A DNA stretch of 64,000 nucleotides, taken from NCBI GenBank assembly GCA_028023455.1, contig JAQFVV010000001.1, positions 2,914,001 to 2,978,000 of the forward strand, in the 5' to 3' direction. Numbering within the stretch: the stretch's first letter is position 1; every line of letters begins with the position of its first letter. Of the stretch, positions 40,180 to 54,060 are shown piece by piece. This DNA comes from Epiperipatus broadwayi (Eukaryota; Animalia; Onychophora). The notes below the pieces were generated by a model. That model worked only from the letters and a program-made list of their open reading frames with translations. It was not told the DNA's origin and made no database searches. Position numbers and translations under genes: made by a program.

Positions 40180-40799
40180 TAATGTGATATGGTATTTTGT
40201 TTTAATATACTATCTCTAGAATTTTAATTTTGATAAATTATGTTTAAAAAATAATACATAAAATAGTGCAGCATACTGATAATAAAATAACCATTAAAGT
40301 TTCCTATTAGAATTTGTATTTTGGTACTCAAATATTACACACACTGCTATGACTCAACTAAATTTAGCATATTTCATAACATTTTTTTTCCTGTTAACAT
40401 CATAAAGCCAATAGAATTTGGTTAACATTAATAATTATCTAATAATACTTAAGAGTTAAAAATATATTAAATATTTTTTTTTTCATTTTGTCACTTTATT
40501 ATATATATATATTTAATAAAACATTCATTTCAAAAAATTTTTTCTCTGTTTGACTGCCAAATTATTATTATTACTATTATTATTATCATCATTATCAACA
40601 ACAACATCATCTTTCAAAAGGATTTTATTGCATATAACATGAAAAAGATTACATTCATAACTATTTTACTACATGCAAATGAATTGAAGTTAATATAAAT
40701 AAGTTGAAAATTGTAATTGGGTGGGAAGGGGGGCAACAAAAACAAAGGATTGCATGTGGTTTACAAATTTGAATTTACATTTTTCTATATACATTCAAT

Positions 40800-41860
40800 C
40801 AGTTTTGTGTACTCATAAGGCTCTTAGTTCTGTTTTTTATTAGCTTTTTTTCATCTATAATTTTGAGTGTTATTGCAATATAGATCAAGTAGCTGTGTAC
40901 ATCTTTTGGGATACAATTTTTTCATCCCTTAAGCAGGGTAGTTCAATTTTGTTCCAGAATGTATTTGGATGTCTTCTTAGATTATTGTTGTACATGAAGG
41001 GGCATCTTGTACATCACAGTGAAAATAATGTAAAAGTACTTGCTTGAATATGTGGGTAGCTACCTTTTAACAAATGATTGTAAAAGTGTTTGAATGTCAT
41101 AATTTCTTTGTTTGTACAATGATGGTATGGATGAGTGGATATTATCAAAGGCAGGGCAGGTAAAAAAAATGTTCTTGTGTCTCAGTTCTCTATGACATAA
41201 CCAGCATATGTCTTCTGTATTTATGTAATGCCTTCTGTATCTATAAAAGTGAAATGTCAGTAGTATTTCAAGATTTAATTTGAGCAGAAAATCATAATAT
41301 TTGGGATCCAATGACCAGAATTTAAATTTTCAGGTTAGTTGTTTATTGTTAATGTTTAGAATTGGTTTTTTATCATTTAAGGGTGAGCAAATTATCTGGT
41401 ATACATCCCAATATTTAACTTTATCTTGAGGTGGTGAATAAGTAAAGTTTGGAATGTTGAGAATTAATGTAAGCAAGATTTTTCAGTATCTATTGACTGG
41501 TGGTGGTTTATCTGTTGGGGTAATCTTGAAGAACACTTTCATGTGTGGAAATAAATGAGCACATGCAGAAATAAGATTTAAGGTCTTTTGAATGTTAAAA
41601 ATATGTATTGAATGTAGTCCCAAACCATTTTGTATTAGAGGAACTTAAATATGTTATAGTGAAATTGAAACAATCTTTTTTCTCCACAGCAACTTTCTGT
41701 ATAATGAGTTTATTTTACTAATAAAATATTTAGTATATAGTATTATTGGTGAATAATATGTGATTCCAGTCATAATTAATAGATTAAACAGAGATACTTT
41801 TGAGTACAATGAAGGGTAAGATTTTGAAAGGGAATCAATTATGTTTTCAATTTTATTTTT
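40800..41860 (-). mobile_element. Decayed L1/Tx1-like LINE ORF2 C-terminus
   Basis: CWLCHRELRHKNIFFTCPAF resembles the C-terminal zinc finger (CxxC...HxFFxCP) of L1/Tx1 reverse transcriptases. Confidence 0.7.
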
Positions 41861-41884
41861 AATTTTGTCTTATATTTATTGACA

Positions 41885-42199
<315 letters not shown>

Positions 42200-45100
42200 T
42201 ATTTTTTTTATTTTAAGATACAATTTTCATAATAACTTCAGTTTACTTAATGACAAAAAATGATCATTTTTTAAATTTAGATTTCTGATTTTGAGATGTC
42301 AAATGATTGGTGACAATGTCCCATTTGAATTGTTTAATTCTATACTTTTCATGGATGCTATGAGATAAACTTAAGATATATTGTTCTTTTTGATTGTATG
42401 GATTTTTGTGCTTATGATTGTTTTAAATCTGACTATTTCTTTTGTGATAATGAACTTGATATTGCATATTATTTCATGCAATATTGCTTTTCTTTTATAA
42501 TAATTATGATTACTGATTTAATATTTATAAAAATTTGTATTATAACTATGAATTTTAATAGATTTTCACACTTGAATGTGAATATGAATAACTTTCAAAT
42601 TATCTGGAGAAGTTAGAGTTTTTCTTATTGCCCATGTATGTGATTTAATATAGCACAACACAAAAGTCTATTTTCATGACTACAACATTTGATCTTGCAG
42701 AAGATTATGTTAATGATTGTCTCTTATTATATTTAAGCTACATAATTGGTTTTTATTCATTTTTAATCTATTTCAATGATCCGTGTTGTATTTCTTTAGC
42801 CTATTTTTTTTTCTGAATATTATAACCTAAGATTTTATGCTATAAAAAATGTTAACCACTTACACTTCACTTAAAACTAATTTTTCAATTTTAATTTGGT
42901 GATTTTATTGTTTCATTCTCATCTATATCATTAAATAAAATTACAAACATTTGCAATATTTTTTGAAACATATTTTATATATTCTTTAATTTTTTTATAA
43001 ACTACTTTATTTTCCTATATTTTCAGAGAATGATATGATATTTCACCACCTTTTTTTAGTGAAGATGTATCAAGGCATTCTACCATATTTGTACAAATAT
43101 CTGGTAAACTGATTGTACATTATTTTCCAATAGAAAAAGTTTTGCAGACAGTTTTTACCTAACTAAAAATGAGTTAGTAGACTGAATTAAATTTTTTTTC
43201 TCTCTCTATTTTCTTTATAATGAGTGTTGAAAATAGTTTTTTATTGGAAAATATTACTTCAGAAGATCTCTTTATCTATTTTTATTAAGACATGTGAAGT
43301 ATAATGGGCTCATAATTTGTAACTTTAATTTATATATTAAGATTATTATGCTTTACTGCATCTTATTTAATATTACTAAGCAATGGGCAATAAAATTATT
43401 AGAATTGATTATTTGTTCACTTTATATATTGATCATTCCAGTTTTATTTATTTATTGCATTGAAGTAATCTTTGTAGTTCAGGATAACCTTACTTTTTCA
43501 TCTTTCTTTTTTAAAAATGTCATGGATTATGAGTAATATAGGAATTTTAATGATTTCCTATGTTAGATATACATGATTTCATTACTAATTTCTATCTAAA
43601 TTTAGTTGATTCCCATAAATTGATAATAAATATATTATCTAACAGTATAATGTGCAACTGATTTTAAAAAAAAAAATATTAACAGATTGATTTTTGAGTA
43701 GGCATTTGTATAAAATGTTTAGCTCTTTTTCAGATGCAATTAATATTGAAATAAGCATTTATATCATATATTTACTTACTGATAATATATTTTTATTACA
43801 TATGTTAAGCTGTTATTGTGCTGCATAGAGATCTACAAGTTTGAGCATGACTGTGAAATTGAAGTCTAAATAACTGAAGTTTTTTGTATTGTTTTCAACT
43901 AAGAAAAATGAGAAACAATTTTACCTTAGTAAGATGGATGGAACATAATCATTTTGGTGCTTGAAAAATCACTTGACATTCTAAGTTCACGGAAACTTTT
44001 TAAGTGATAAAAAATGTTGGAACTCTTTATCTTTTACCTATTATATATAAAATTCATCAGAAATAAGGGAAAAGCAAATATTATTAATTTAAATGTAATT
44101 AATGTAAAAAACGAGTTCTTTCCTTTCAATACTTTTTTCAAAATTTAGTTTAATTGTGAATATCTGAATTGTAATATTAGGAGTGGCATCCAATTTACTT
44201 TTATATTTAGTTCTAATACAGTGTAGGGAAAAATATGTTTCCACGCAAATATGGGGTACAAACTGTCAGCAAATAATTAGTTGCTTTTTTGTATAAATTT
44301 GTATATTTTTTTAAGTTAAATCCAAATTCTTTTAATGAAGCATCATTACATTTAATTTTTATTTGGCTGTTTGATGTCAGATTGATGAAATTTTTATATT
44401 TTGGAATAAAGTTTCACCGGTTTTTCTGCTAATATTGAAAACATTGAAAACCAAATAGCTATTATTATCTTTTAATAAAAGAAAATGTTCCACTACAGTT
44501 ACCATTTCAAATGAGAAATTTTATTTTTTTTTCAAATTTCCTCATCAATTTCAAAGTTAGATTTCTCTAAAAAAAAAAAAAACATTTAAAGTTGAAAATG
44601 AATTCATATTGCTTTTCATCCACTATAATCTAGAAATGGGACTTTAATAATAATAATAATTTATCTTTTGTCTTTAAAATATTTACATTTTTTCCTTGAA
44701 TAAAAAAAATCACTTAGTTTTGTGAATATAGATAATCCAGATAAGCAATTTGATTCAAATATGAAACATTTTTAGAGCGATCTATTAAGAGAATTTGTCA
44801 TTTTGAAAGAATATGGCGAGCAATCTGATAACTCTCCCATGTGATAACTATCTAATTTTAATATGTATCATCAAAAATGTATGTTTCTTTCTATATCTTC
44901 ACCTACAATTTTGAATAATCTTGTTTTTAATGGTCATGGTTTTATAAAGTTAATAATTTTCATGGGTTCATCTAAAATACATTTCAAAGATGAATGAATA
45001 TTTTTAGGAACTAGTGCATGTCTATAATGACAAGAGTGACTATTTGTATACATTTTAGCAACATTTTACATTTACGTTACTGTCTCTTTTATGAATTCTT

Positions 45101-45204
45101 TTGTTGATTTCTCACTATTTCTCACCATTACCATATACAATGATGAAATAATATTTTACATAGTGCTATGTTTTATAAACAGTAATAATAATAAGCTATT
45201 AAGC

Positions 45205-45690
45205 TAATGCGCATGCGCTTTGAAGATTTAAATTATAAATGAATACTCTCATTTCCAAACACAAGATAAAATCTTTTTGAAAAGATGGAATGAATCTATC
45301 TATCTTTTCTTACCCAAACGTGTGTTTGGAATTAAGAGTATTCATTTATAATTTAAATCTTCAAAGCACATGCACATTATCTTAATAACTGATTATTATT
45401 ACTGTTTATAAAACATAGCACTATATAAAATATTATCTCATTATATATGTTTAATTTCAAAATAAGAATAACATATTGTAAATTGTAAAGATTTTCATAA
45501 GCATTATTTATTCAAGCATAGTAAAAGTAATTTAAAGTGATTATTTAATATCTCATGATCTCATTTACAAATGCTTAAGATTTGCCCATACATAAATGAA
45601 TTCATTCTATATTTTCAAAAAGACTTTATCTTGTGTTTGGAATTGAGGGTATTCATTTATAATTTAAATCTTCAAATCACATGTGCATAT
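45205..45690. repeat. Family H inverted repeat: one left arm, two right arms
   Basis: Left arm 45205-45297, right arms 45322-45379 and 45598-45688. Confidence 0.75.
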
Positions 45691-45699
45691 ACATTGTTG

Positions 45700-46260
45700 T
45701 ATTTCTCACAAATTGTATCATAAGTATGAATGAAAATTAACAAATTTAAGAGATTCACAATATTATCTGTCACATCTCATCATAAAGAATATTCATCATA
45801 TGACTTAAGTCTTACAATAAGTTTCTGCTCAATATCTTCAACATATCATGAATTCTGCATGAAACCATAGTATTTGAGAGAGAAATTTTATTAATTTATT
45901 GATAAGGTTTCTTATCAAACATGTATTCTTTTGATGCATTATTTTATTTTAGTTTCAGAAATTATATGTTCTTTAGCTGTGAATGCTATTCAGTAGCTAA
46001 TTTTGTTGAAAGTCATTGATTTCATCTTGTTTTATAACAACATTTTCAACAAGTAATGATTAATCTTGTCAATAGATTCAGTTTTCTTTCAAAAAAAATT
46101 GATGTCTTTATTTTTATATTCTGAATACATCATTTCCAGTTGTTTGTGAAATTTAGTTGGTGCTAATGAACTATATGATAAAATCTTATTTTGTAATATA
46201 TTAAGAGATTCAGGATTTTCTATAGTCATCAATCTGAATAATACATATTCAAGTATTATG
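45700..46260 (-). pseudogene. Decayed hAT (Buster/Charlie, ZBED5-like) transposase fragment
   Basis: SLAPTKFHKQLEMMYSEYKNKDINFF and ISLSNTMVSCRIHDM-EDIEQKL match the PSKLxRHLxTxH and LSNNTVSRRIxDMAEDIExQL motifs. Stops and frameshifts present. Confidence 0.8.
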
Positions 46261-46743
46261 TATATTTTTTGTGACTTGGCAATGATTTGATATTGGTAAA
46301 CAACACTTCATTTTTCTTTGTTTCATCTGCTTTACAAGTAATATTAAAGTTTTGATCTGTTTTTAGCTATATCCATTTACTAATGTTCTTGTCATTAGAA
46401 TAATGTGAATTTTTCCCCCAAATCAATGATTTGAGATAAACTTATTGTAATATCACAAATTTATAAACTGCTCACTTTATCAGAAAAACTATAAGCGATT
46501 TTCACTAGACATGTCTACTTCTTTTTTTGTTTTTGCATGAACATGATTGAATAATTGCAGAACAATAAGAGAATTTTTTTAATTGCTTTATGTGTTTTGG
46601 AAGCTTTAATGTTTTAAAAATTGCAAAATAACTCATTTCACAGAATAAAAGCTCAGCAAAATGTGTGAATGATTTAAAACATATAATCATTTCATCATAA
46701 AATAAAACAAATTTTAAAAATAAAAAATATAAGAATAATTTTT

Positions 46744-46839
46744 AGTCAAGCGATGGTGACCGAGTGGTCAGCACAGCTGCTTTACAAGCAGTTGTCCCGG
46801 GTTCGCTTTTCCAGCCGATGCTTTGACATATGAAAAAAA
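46744..46839 (+). mobile_element. Full-length short tRNA-derived SINE with A-tail and 13-bp TSD
   Basis: A box TGACCGAGTGG, anticodon-like arm GCTGC-TTTACAA-GCAGT, B box GGTTCG, A tail. AAGAATAATTTTT at 46731-46743 and 46840-46852. Confidence 0.8.
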
Positions 46840-49800
46840 AAGAATAATTTTTATAAATTAATAAAATGGATATAGAGGTTTTTATTAATTGTATGCAATC
46901 ATTTTTTTTGCTAATAGATGAATGATAATAGATTCATTTATAGTTTTTTTTACTTTTTTTACAGATAACAAATCGTCTTTTAAAATATTGTTATTGATGT
47001 GCTATATACTTTATAAGATTTTCTATTGTAATATGTCTTCAATACCTAAATCTTTAAAAAAACACTGTTATAGTTTATAACTTCAATTTGAAACTATATG
47101 TTATCAAAAATAAAAAAAGCAAAAAACATATATTGTACATCATGCTACTTAGAAATTCCCGAGTCCAAAGTCATTTGCTAAATAACATGGAAAAGAGACT
47201 ACAATATAGATTTAATTAAACAATGATTATCTTTAAGATTGAAGATCTCTATCACTTGCATATACCTACCTGTTTATTTCTTATCAAGATGAAGATAAAT
47301 TGCTAGGAGCAATAATAAATAAGTATAGGAATAAATAAATAATATAACTGAGATAAATGTTTTTCGGAAGTTAAAAATGCAAGTGCTATTTTTAATATCA
47401 CCCCTTTTATGGAATATTAATTTTGAAACTTTATTTAAATTAATTTTTCATATCTATTTTAAACTATTTATAAAACTCAAAACTAATTTTAATCCACAAT
47501 CCAAAATTTTATCAATGGAATCCCAGGGACCTGCGAAAAACAACTTGGAAAGGACTGCAGAGACTGTACAGCTGGAATGTTTGTATTTTGTTGTTTACAT
47601 AAAAGTTAGTTGTTTGAAATATATACGTTTATTATCTAACATTTGTAATTATATACTTGTATATTAATAATTATAGTCAGGTATCATTATTAAAAGTCCT
47701 ATTTTTTTTCTAATTTGTATGTAATACTTTTCTTTAATAAAAGCAATAAAAAAAATCAATGTAAAAGATTATTTGAGATATAAAGTCTTTAGAACGGGAA
47801 ACATTTGGATTTGGAGATCTTTTCTATTTTCATGAAAATCTATGATTAGCTCTTGTACTCATTGATATAATTCAATAACTAAGTAAAAAAATATAGAATC
47901 ATTACTTCTACGGTTTGTAATATATCATGTTACACATACATTTAAAAAAAAATACAGTATATACAAAAATAACTAAGCATATATACTGATATATGTGAAT
48001 GTTTACAAAGATGTTTATGCATGTGAATATATATTGAAGGAAATGTTTCAAGTATTTTTTTATTATTATTTAAATGCAAAAGTGATAAAGAATCAGGTTC
48101 GGATTCTGTTTATAGTATCTGCTAGTAGTATTTTTTCTAACAGTATATTGAGACATGAAAGGGATTAAGATTATAGGGAAAAAGAAGAATTATCAAGTCA
48201 AAATGGGCTTAATTTGATGTATAATAGAATAAAGTAGTTTGGATACAAAAAGCAAAATTAGAGAAATGAAAGTATTGTTTAAAGATAGAATTGATAAATT
48301 ATTAATAATAAAGCATATACATCAGATGAGTTTTTTAAGGACAAGTGAATGGATATGTGAATGATTTTTTTTAATATTATGTTTACAATTATATTAGATG
48401 AAACTAAATGTGATCATTATTTCTAGTTAGGATAACAAAGAATGCTCCGAATCTTATGATTGTGGATTCATGCTACCATTGAATGTTGAATTTATTTAGA
48501 CATCTAAGCTATAGATTAGTTTCAAGAAAAATAATATTGCTCAAATTAGAAGAACTATAAAATATTAGATGGATTTTGCCCAACTTTGAGAAGTAAAGGA
48601 AAAAATGAAGAGATAATTGATTTAAAAAGTGTTCATTTATTTTGTTACGAAAGTACAAATATAAGAATCACAAATAAATTGAAATTTTTTATAAATCAAA
48701 GTGGAAGAACAACACAGTGGAGATTGAAAAATGCCACAAAAAGTCAAAATTATTTGTTCAACTTAATGGAAGATTCCACATGCATATAATTCATATTTAT
48801 TTTCCAAAAAGTTGTCATTGTGATAATGAAGTAGAGGATTTTCGTATAGTACAAAATGCTTATGATTATTCTAATAAACATTTGAAAATAGTCATAGGTA
48901 TTTTTAATCCTAGAATGAGAGAACTTAGACTTGTTGAATAAGCAGGAAAAGAAATACTATTTATTATGTTTTTGTTTTGTTTTGTTGAGGAAAATGCTAA
49001 AAAGAAATGAGTTTAGAAGCATCTAAATAAAAGTACATTAAGATTAGATTGTAATTTGACTAACATAATCATGTTTTTAAATATTATAGTATTTGTAATA
49101 GATTCAATATATTGATTAGTGAAATGTAACATACATATCCATATAAAACTAGAGAGATGGAAACTATTTAAGGAAGATAATATTAATGCTTATGAATTTA
49201 AATTACTGTACTTAAATCCATTTTGGTTTTTTGGTTGATTTGACTTCAAAGTTCACAGTAGCCCAGATGTAATTATCTTAGTAAAAATTTTGTATAGAAC
49301 TGTTAAAAGATTGATAAATCTGCACTTTTTAATATTTTCTTTTTTTCTCTTTTTTAAATATCAGTGTTGCTACTGTATTATTCCAATCTACCTTTATCAT
49401 TTAGAGAATATTAATTTTTGTCAACAATTTCTTTATTTCTTCACTTACTTCTTTTAAAATATCATTAAAAATTCTATTATTTTCTGAATCTTCTTTTCTT
49501 TATAAATTTAATTGCATGTTTTATTTTTTGACAATTTAGAAACTGGTATAATTGTACATTTATTTTATTTCCTTGTTCTTTATTACATCATAGTTTTTTA
49601 TAAAACTTTTCCAGACTTTGAAGATGTTCTGACTTAAATGAGACCGATAAGAACCATTACTAAAACATTACCCAAGAATTCTCACATAAATAACTGAACA
49701 TAAAAAAAGTAGTAATTGGGGACTATAAAATATTTTAAAGTGATTCATTAATAAGAAATGGATATTTAGAATTCTATAAAACAATACAAATGAAAATGAA

Positions 49801-49849
49801 TGATGACATAATAAAATATGTGTTAATCAACAATGAAAACAGTAAAGGA

Positions 49850-50750
49850 AAATAATTTCTCAAAAGTATAAATACCAACTTAGTAGGGAAGGGAAATTGT
49901 TTCAGCAATAAGAAAACAAATAACCCATATGTTTATAACATCTTGTATTTTAAATGAAAAGATAAAGTATTTAAATAATCTGTGAAAAAGGATAAAACTT
50001 AAGGGAGTGATGAAATTATAATTGACACCTTAAAATAGAGAAATTATTGGCAAATAATATGCAAAGTGTCTAAATGATAAAGATGTAGCAAATGATTAAA
50101 ATAATGAACTAATAATATTGATATTTAAGAAAAGGGGAAAAGAAGAGATTAGAAATTACAAACTTATTAATCTTTTATCAGGCTATACAAGATCTTTACT
50201 AAGAGAATCTATAGCTCAAATACAGTAACTTTTGGATTCAAATCAATCAAAAGAACAAAATGAATTTAAAATTTAGAATAGTAAATCACATCTAAGCATT
50301 AAGAGAAGTTATAGAAAAGATCAGTGAATATGTGTTGTCACTAAGTTTTGAATTTGTGGATTATGAAAAAAATATTTGATTTTATAAGCATTTTTTCACA
50401 ATTATTAAAGTTCTATACTATCAAGATGTAGACTTGGGATATTGTCATATTCTGAAGAATATTTCTTAAAATGCAACAGTAGATATTAGATTATTTGATG
50501 TTTCTAAGAAGAATAACAGTGATAAAGATATATGACCAGTTGATTCTATATTCAAAATTTTTATAGCACTTTTACAAGAAGTATTTTATGGATCAAAATG
50601 ATGAGCTAAGTAAATAAAAATAAATGGGAATAATTTAAATCACGAATGAAAATATAATTTATCTTGCAGATATTTTTTGTGTAATATTACTATATATATA
50701 TTATTTGTTTGTTATTTTATATTTGTGTGTATTTACAGATGATATGGTTG
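49850..50750 (+). mobile_element. Decayed RTE-clade LINE reverse transcriptase
   Basis: IILIFKKRGKEEIRNYKLINLLS, LDSNQSKEQNEFK, ALREVIEKISEY...FVDYEK, and FTDDMVV near 50733. Confidence 0.8.
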
Positions 50751-50769
50751 TTGTGTTTTTTTGTAAATA

Positions 50770-50915
50770 ATATTAAAACAGGCAAAACTCACTATACGTA
50801 TTGCTACACACAGCAAGCTAGAGTAATCAGTGGATGCCAGAAGGCTTGTGCATAAAATCCCCATCTAGTGCCTACTCATCCAATATCCCCAGACTAGTTT
50901 CTGGCTTGTGGCCTT
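50770..50915 (-). mobile_element. Family G partial copy (3' half of hammerhead at 50886-50913)
   Basis: Minus strand: GGC-CACAA-GCC A GAAA CTAG TC TGGGGA. Lacks CTGATGA. Confidence 0.7.
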
Positions 50916-51149
50916 GGATTTGACAGCACTGCACCTAGATCTTAGGATCTAATGCAACCCTCCAGCAGCCACCTTTCCTCTCTACCTAACTACAAAACTA
51001 TGAGAATAAAATTGAAAACATAATATTTTCATTCCAAGTTCATTAATTTATATAGTCATATAGGTCTGAAATCAGTTCAGTACCCATACATTTTAGTATC
51101 TTTGGTTCTTTAATAACCATAGCCACCACTATCCTATTAGGAAGGATTG

Positions 51150-51325
51150 ATATTAAACCACTAAACATCACATGATCATCATTTCTTATGGTTGCTCATA
51201 ACTGTTATTAAAACAGGCAAAACTCTCCACTACTGTGGAGAGTTTTGCCTGTACTGTGGAGAGTTTTGCCTGTTTTAATAACAGTTATGAGCAAGCATAA
51301 GAAATGATGATCATGTGATGTTTAG
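51150..51325. repeat. Family G palindrome with central 21-bp tandem duplication
   Basis: Arms 51161-51230 / 51257-51325. TACTGTGGAGAGTTTTGCCTG occurs twice (51231-51272). Confidence 0.85.
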
Positions 51326-53329
51326 TAATTTATTCAATTACTAGTTAGTTTACCCTTTAATACATCAAAGATACTGATTTTTAATAGATTGATTTCTAAC
51401 AGATTGGACATTTCCCTTTTATTATTTAATTTATAGTTTGGATTTAGAAATCATAAAGAAATAACTATGTTCACTATGATCATAGAATTTAACAAAATAT
51501 TTATGTATAATTATCACAGTTAGTAACAATTTTGTGATGAAAATAAATACAAATGAAACTAAAGTTATAAAAATAACTGGTGCAAATAAATTTTAATAGT
51601 AAGCATTATATATCAATTTATAGAGAAGTTTAATGCTTTTACATATTTGAAAAGATATCCAAACAGACTTTTAGTATGTTCGACATTGAAATTAATTATA
51701 AAAAAAGTTTTTTATATTTATGTAAAGCAAAAAAACAAGCAATTAGGAAAGTAGGGAGAAAAGATTGCATACTTTTAAAATGTATATTTGGAGTAGAGTG
51801 AATAATATAATTTGGAAAGATATGTATGATAGAAATGGTGAGAAGAATAAGTTTAAAAAATATTTTTAAGAAAATTATGAAATGGAGGCAAAACCAAAAT
51901 TATGCATCTAGTTAGAGTGAAGGTATTGTGAAATATATGTTTAAAGAGAATCTTGAGTTATATAGTCTGCCATTCCACCACTGGGATAAACTATTCAGAA
52001 CACTTATCTGTATAATTAGGATAAATAAAAAAATGTAAACTGTGGAAATGTGGATATAGAGAAGAATAAAAAGAATATTGGAAAAATAAGCTTGTTAATA
52101 TAGAAATGGTGGGGAAAAAATGAATAAAAAGGTGACTATTTTTTGAACTTGTAATGGCACATCTACTGGAAAGCATAATAGACAGTATGAAGAAAAGAGA
52201 TAGAAGGAATGAAATCAAATTTTTAAGAATTATAGCAAAAAAACATGAAAGGCTTATAGAAAATGATCTGCTTTAGTGTGTAAGAAATTAATCCAATATT
52301 ATGCATGATTGGTATTTTTACAAAATTCTATAAAATTCCTAATTGTTGGTTCAGTAAATGTCTTGAATCTGTAATAGATGTATTTCTACTGATATACTTT
52401 TAAGTGATTTTTAGATTTTCTATAAAATAAACCATATTATAATTGATTGATTTCTGAATGATAATTGTAAAAAAAATCATAGAAATTGCTACAATACATG
52501 ACTTCAAAATATAATAATTCTGAAAAGGAATAGAAAATATTATTCAAAAATCTCATTTTTATGATTTTACATATAATTTATTGTTTGTTGTTTTTACATT
52601 GTTAGTTAAATAGCAAACTTATTAATTAAAACTTTTTTTAAAAAATTATTAAAAATTCATTTTTAAAACAGAAAAAGTATATATATATTCCCTTTAATTT
52701 AAATACCCACAAATGGAATCACTAAAATTGTAACATTAATTAAATGAGGAATTGGTTAGCTCTTATCTATTATATTATATGAACTGGATACGCCAAAATT
52801 TCAATGATAAAGAATGAGATGAGTTCTGTCTTAATATTTTTAAGTTGTACCTAAATTTCTCAAAACTAAGTATTAGAAATAGTTAATGAGATCCAAATTA
52901 CTTGCTAAATATGATTCAAAATCAAATGGGCATTTTATTGAATCTGGATTATATTTGGATAACAAAATAATTATAAATAATTTATTCTAATATCTTAATC
53001 TTTTAATATTCAATAATGTATTAATTCATTAAAATTCAAACAAGCATAAAAATAGTGTGTCAATACTTTCAGGGCAAAATGAATAAACTGATAAAAAAAT
53101 TAAGCACTATAACACAACTCATGAATATAGGTAAGTGATGTAATCTTAAAAGAAATAAAATGAAGTCAATCTTTAAAAAAAAAAATCAATTCCTATTATA
53201 TATATATATGATAGAAATAATTAATCAGTACCAATTATTATTAATAATAACCAAATAAAATAGTCAATGTGATTTAATATAAAGAAATTTATTACATGAA
53301 CTGGTAGTTATTCATAATTTTCAATTATC

Positions 53330-53455
53330 AATGGTAAATGTAATAAATTTCAATAACATTAGGTTCATGATTATTAATGGTAAATTTAATACATTTCAAT
53401 ACCATTAGGTTCACGACTCAACAATAAATGTAATACATTTTGATATGTTAGGTTG
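53330..53455 (+). repeat. About 46-bp tandem repeat, nearly three units
   Basis: Unit AATGGTAAATGTAATAAATTTCAATAACATTAGGTTCATGATTATT. Lies upstream of the integrase fragment. Confidence 0.75.
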
Positions 53456-53799
53456 GAAGCTTTTTCATATTCTGGAGGAAAGAAGGAGTCATATCATTAA
53501 TGCATTTTGCTAGCCATTCATTTAGTTCTGATTACTACACTATTGGAAGAGATTGTTATTTATTTATGTCTACCACTACTATGGCTACCACATTGTTTTT
53601 ATGTTTTCATTCATTTTACATTACCTGCAAGCATAATAAAAGATTTAAACATAATGAAGAAATGATTTAATGATCAAATGAATAATTTGAAATTGAAAAA
53701 GACACCAAAGACCATCAATAATTTAAAAGAAAAGAGTATTATTCAATTTTTCTAAAGGTAAAGACAACAAAGAGAAGCTTCCCAACCAAATCACCTTCA

Positions 53800-54060
53800 G
53801 AATACCAATACTTATTTGCCATGTGATTTTGTAAAAATTGGAAGCGGTTGAAAATCTCATCATATCCATTAAAAATGAAAATAAATCAATTATATTTTAC
53901 ACCTTTTTGAAAGAGAATTTTCAATTAATTCATGACATCTATATTGCAATTGGTCATGCTGGGTGAAACAGGCTGATGAAAGAGCTTAATGCAAAGTATA
54001 AGAATGTTACCATAGAAAATGTTACGCTGTATTTAAATCATTATAAAAATGTAAATCTTT
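53800..54060 (+). pseudogene. Decayed Ginger/KRBA2-SCAND3-like integrase N-terminal fragment
   Basis: IHDIYIAIGHAG*NRLMKELNAKYKNVTIENVTLYL matches the HxxIGHGGRxRMxKELxxKYxNIT zinc-binding motif. Confidence 0.75.

Noticed and set aside
46744-46839. Functional tRNA-Val(TAC) gene
   Set aside because: T arm and acceptor stem do not pair properly; A tail and TSD indicate a SINE.
47377-47667. 96-aa ORF containing MESQGPAKNNLERTAETVQ
   Set aside because: Another frame reads WNPRDLRKTTWK, resembling an RTE C-terminus; the rest is low-complexity AT-rich sequence.
50720-50765. Strong-looking acceptor TATTTACAG followed by DDMVVV
   Set aside because: It is the F(A/T)DD catalytic motif of the decayed RTE reverse transcriptase.
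53330-53455. CRISPR-like array
   Set aside because: Tandem units without unique spacers, eukaryotic context, no cas genes.
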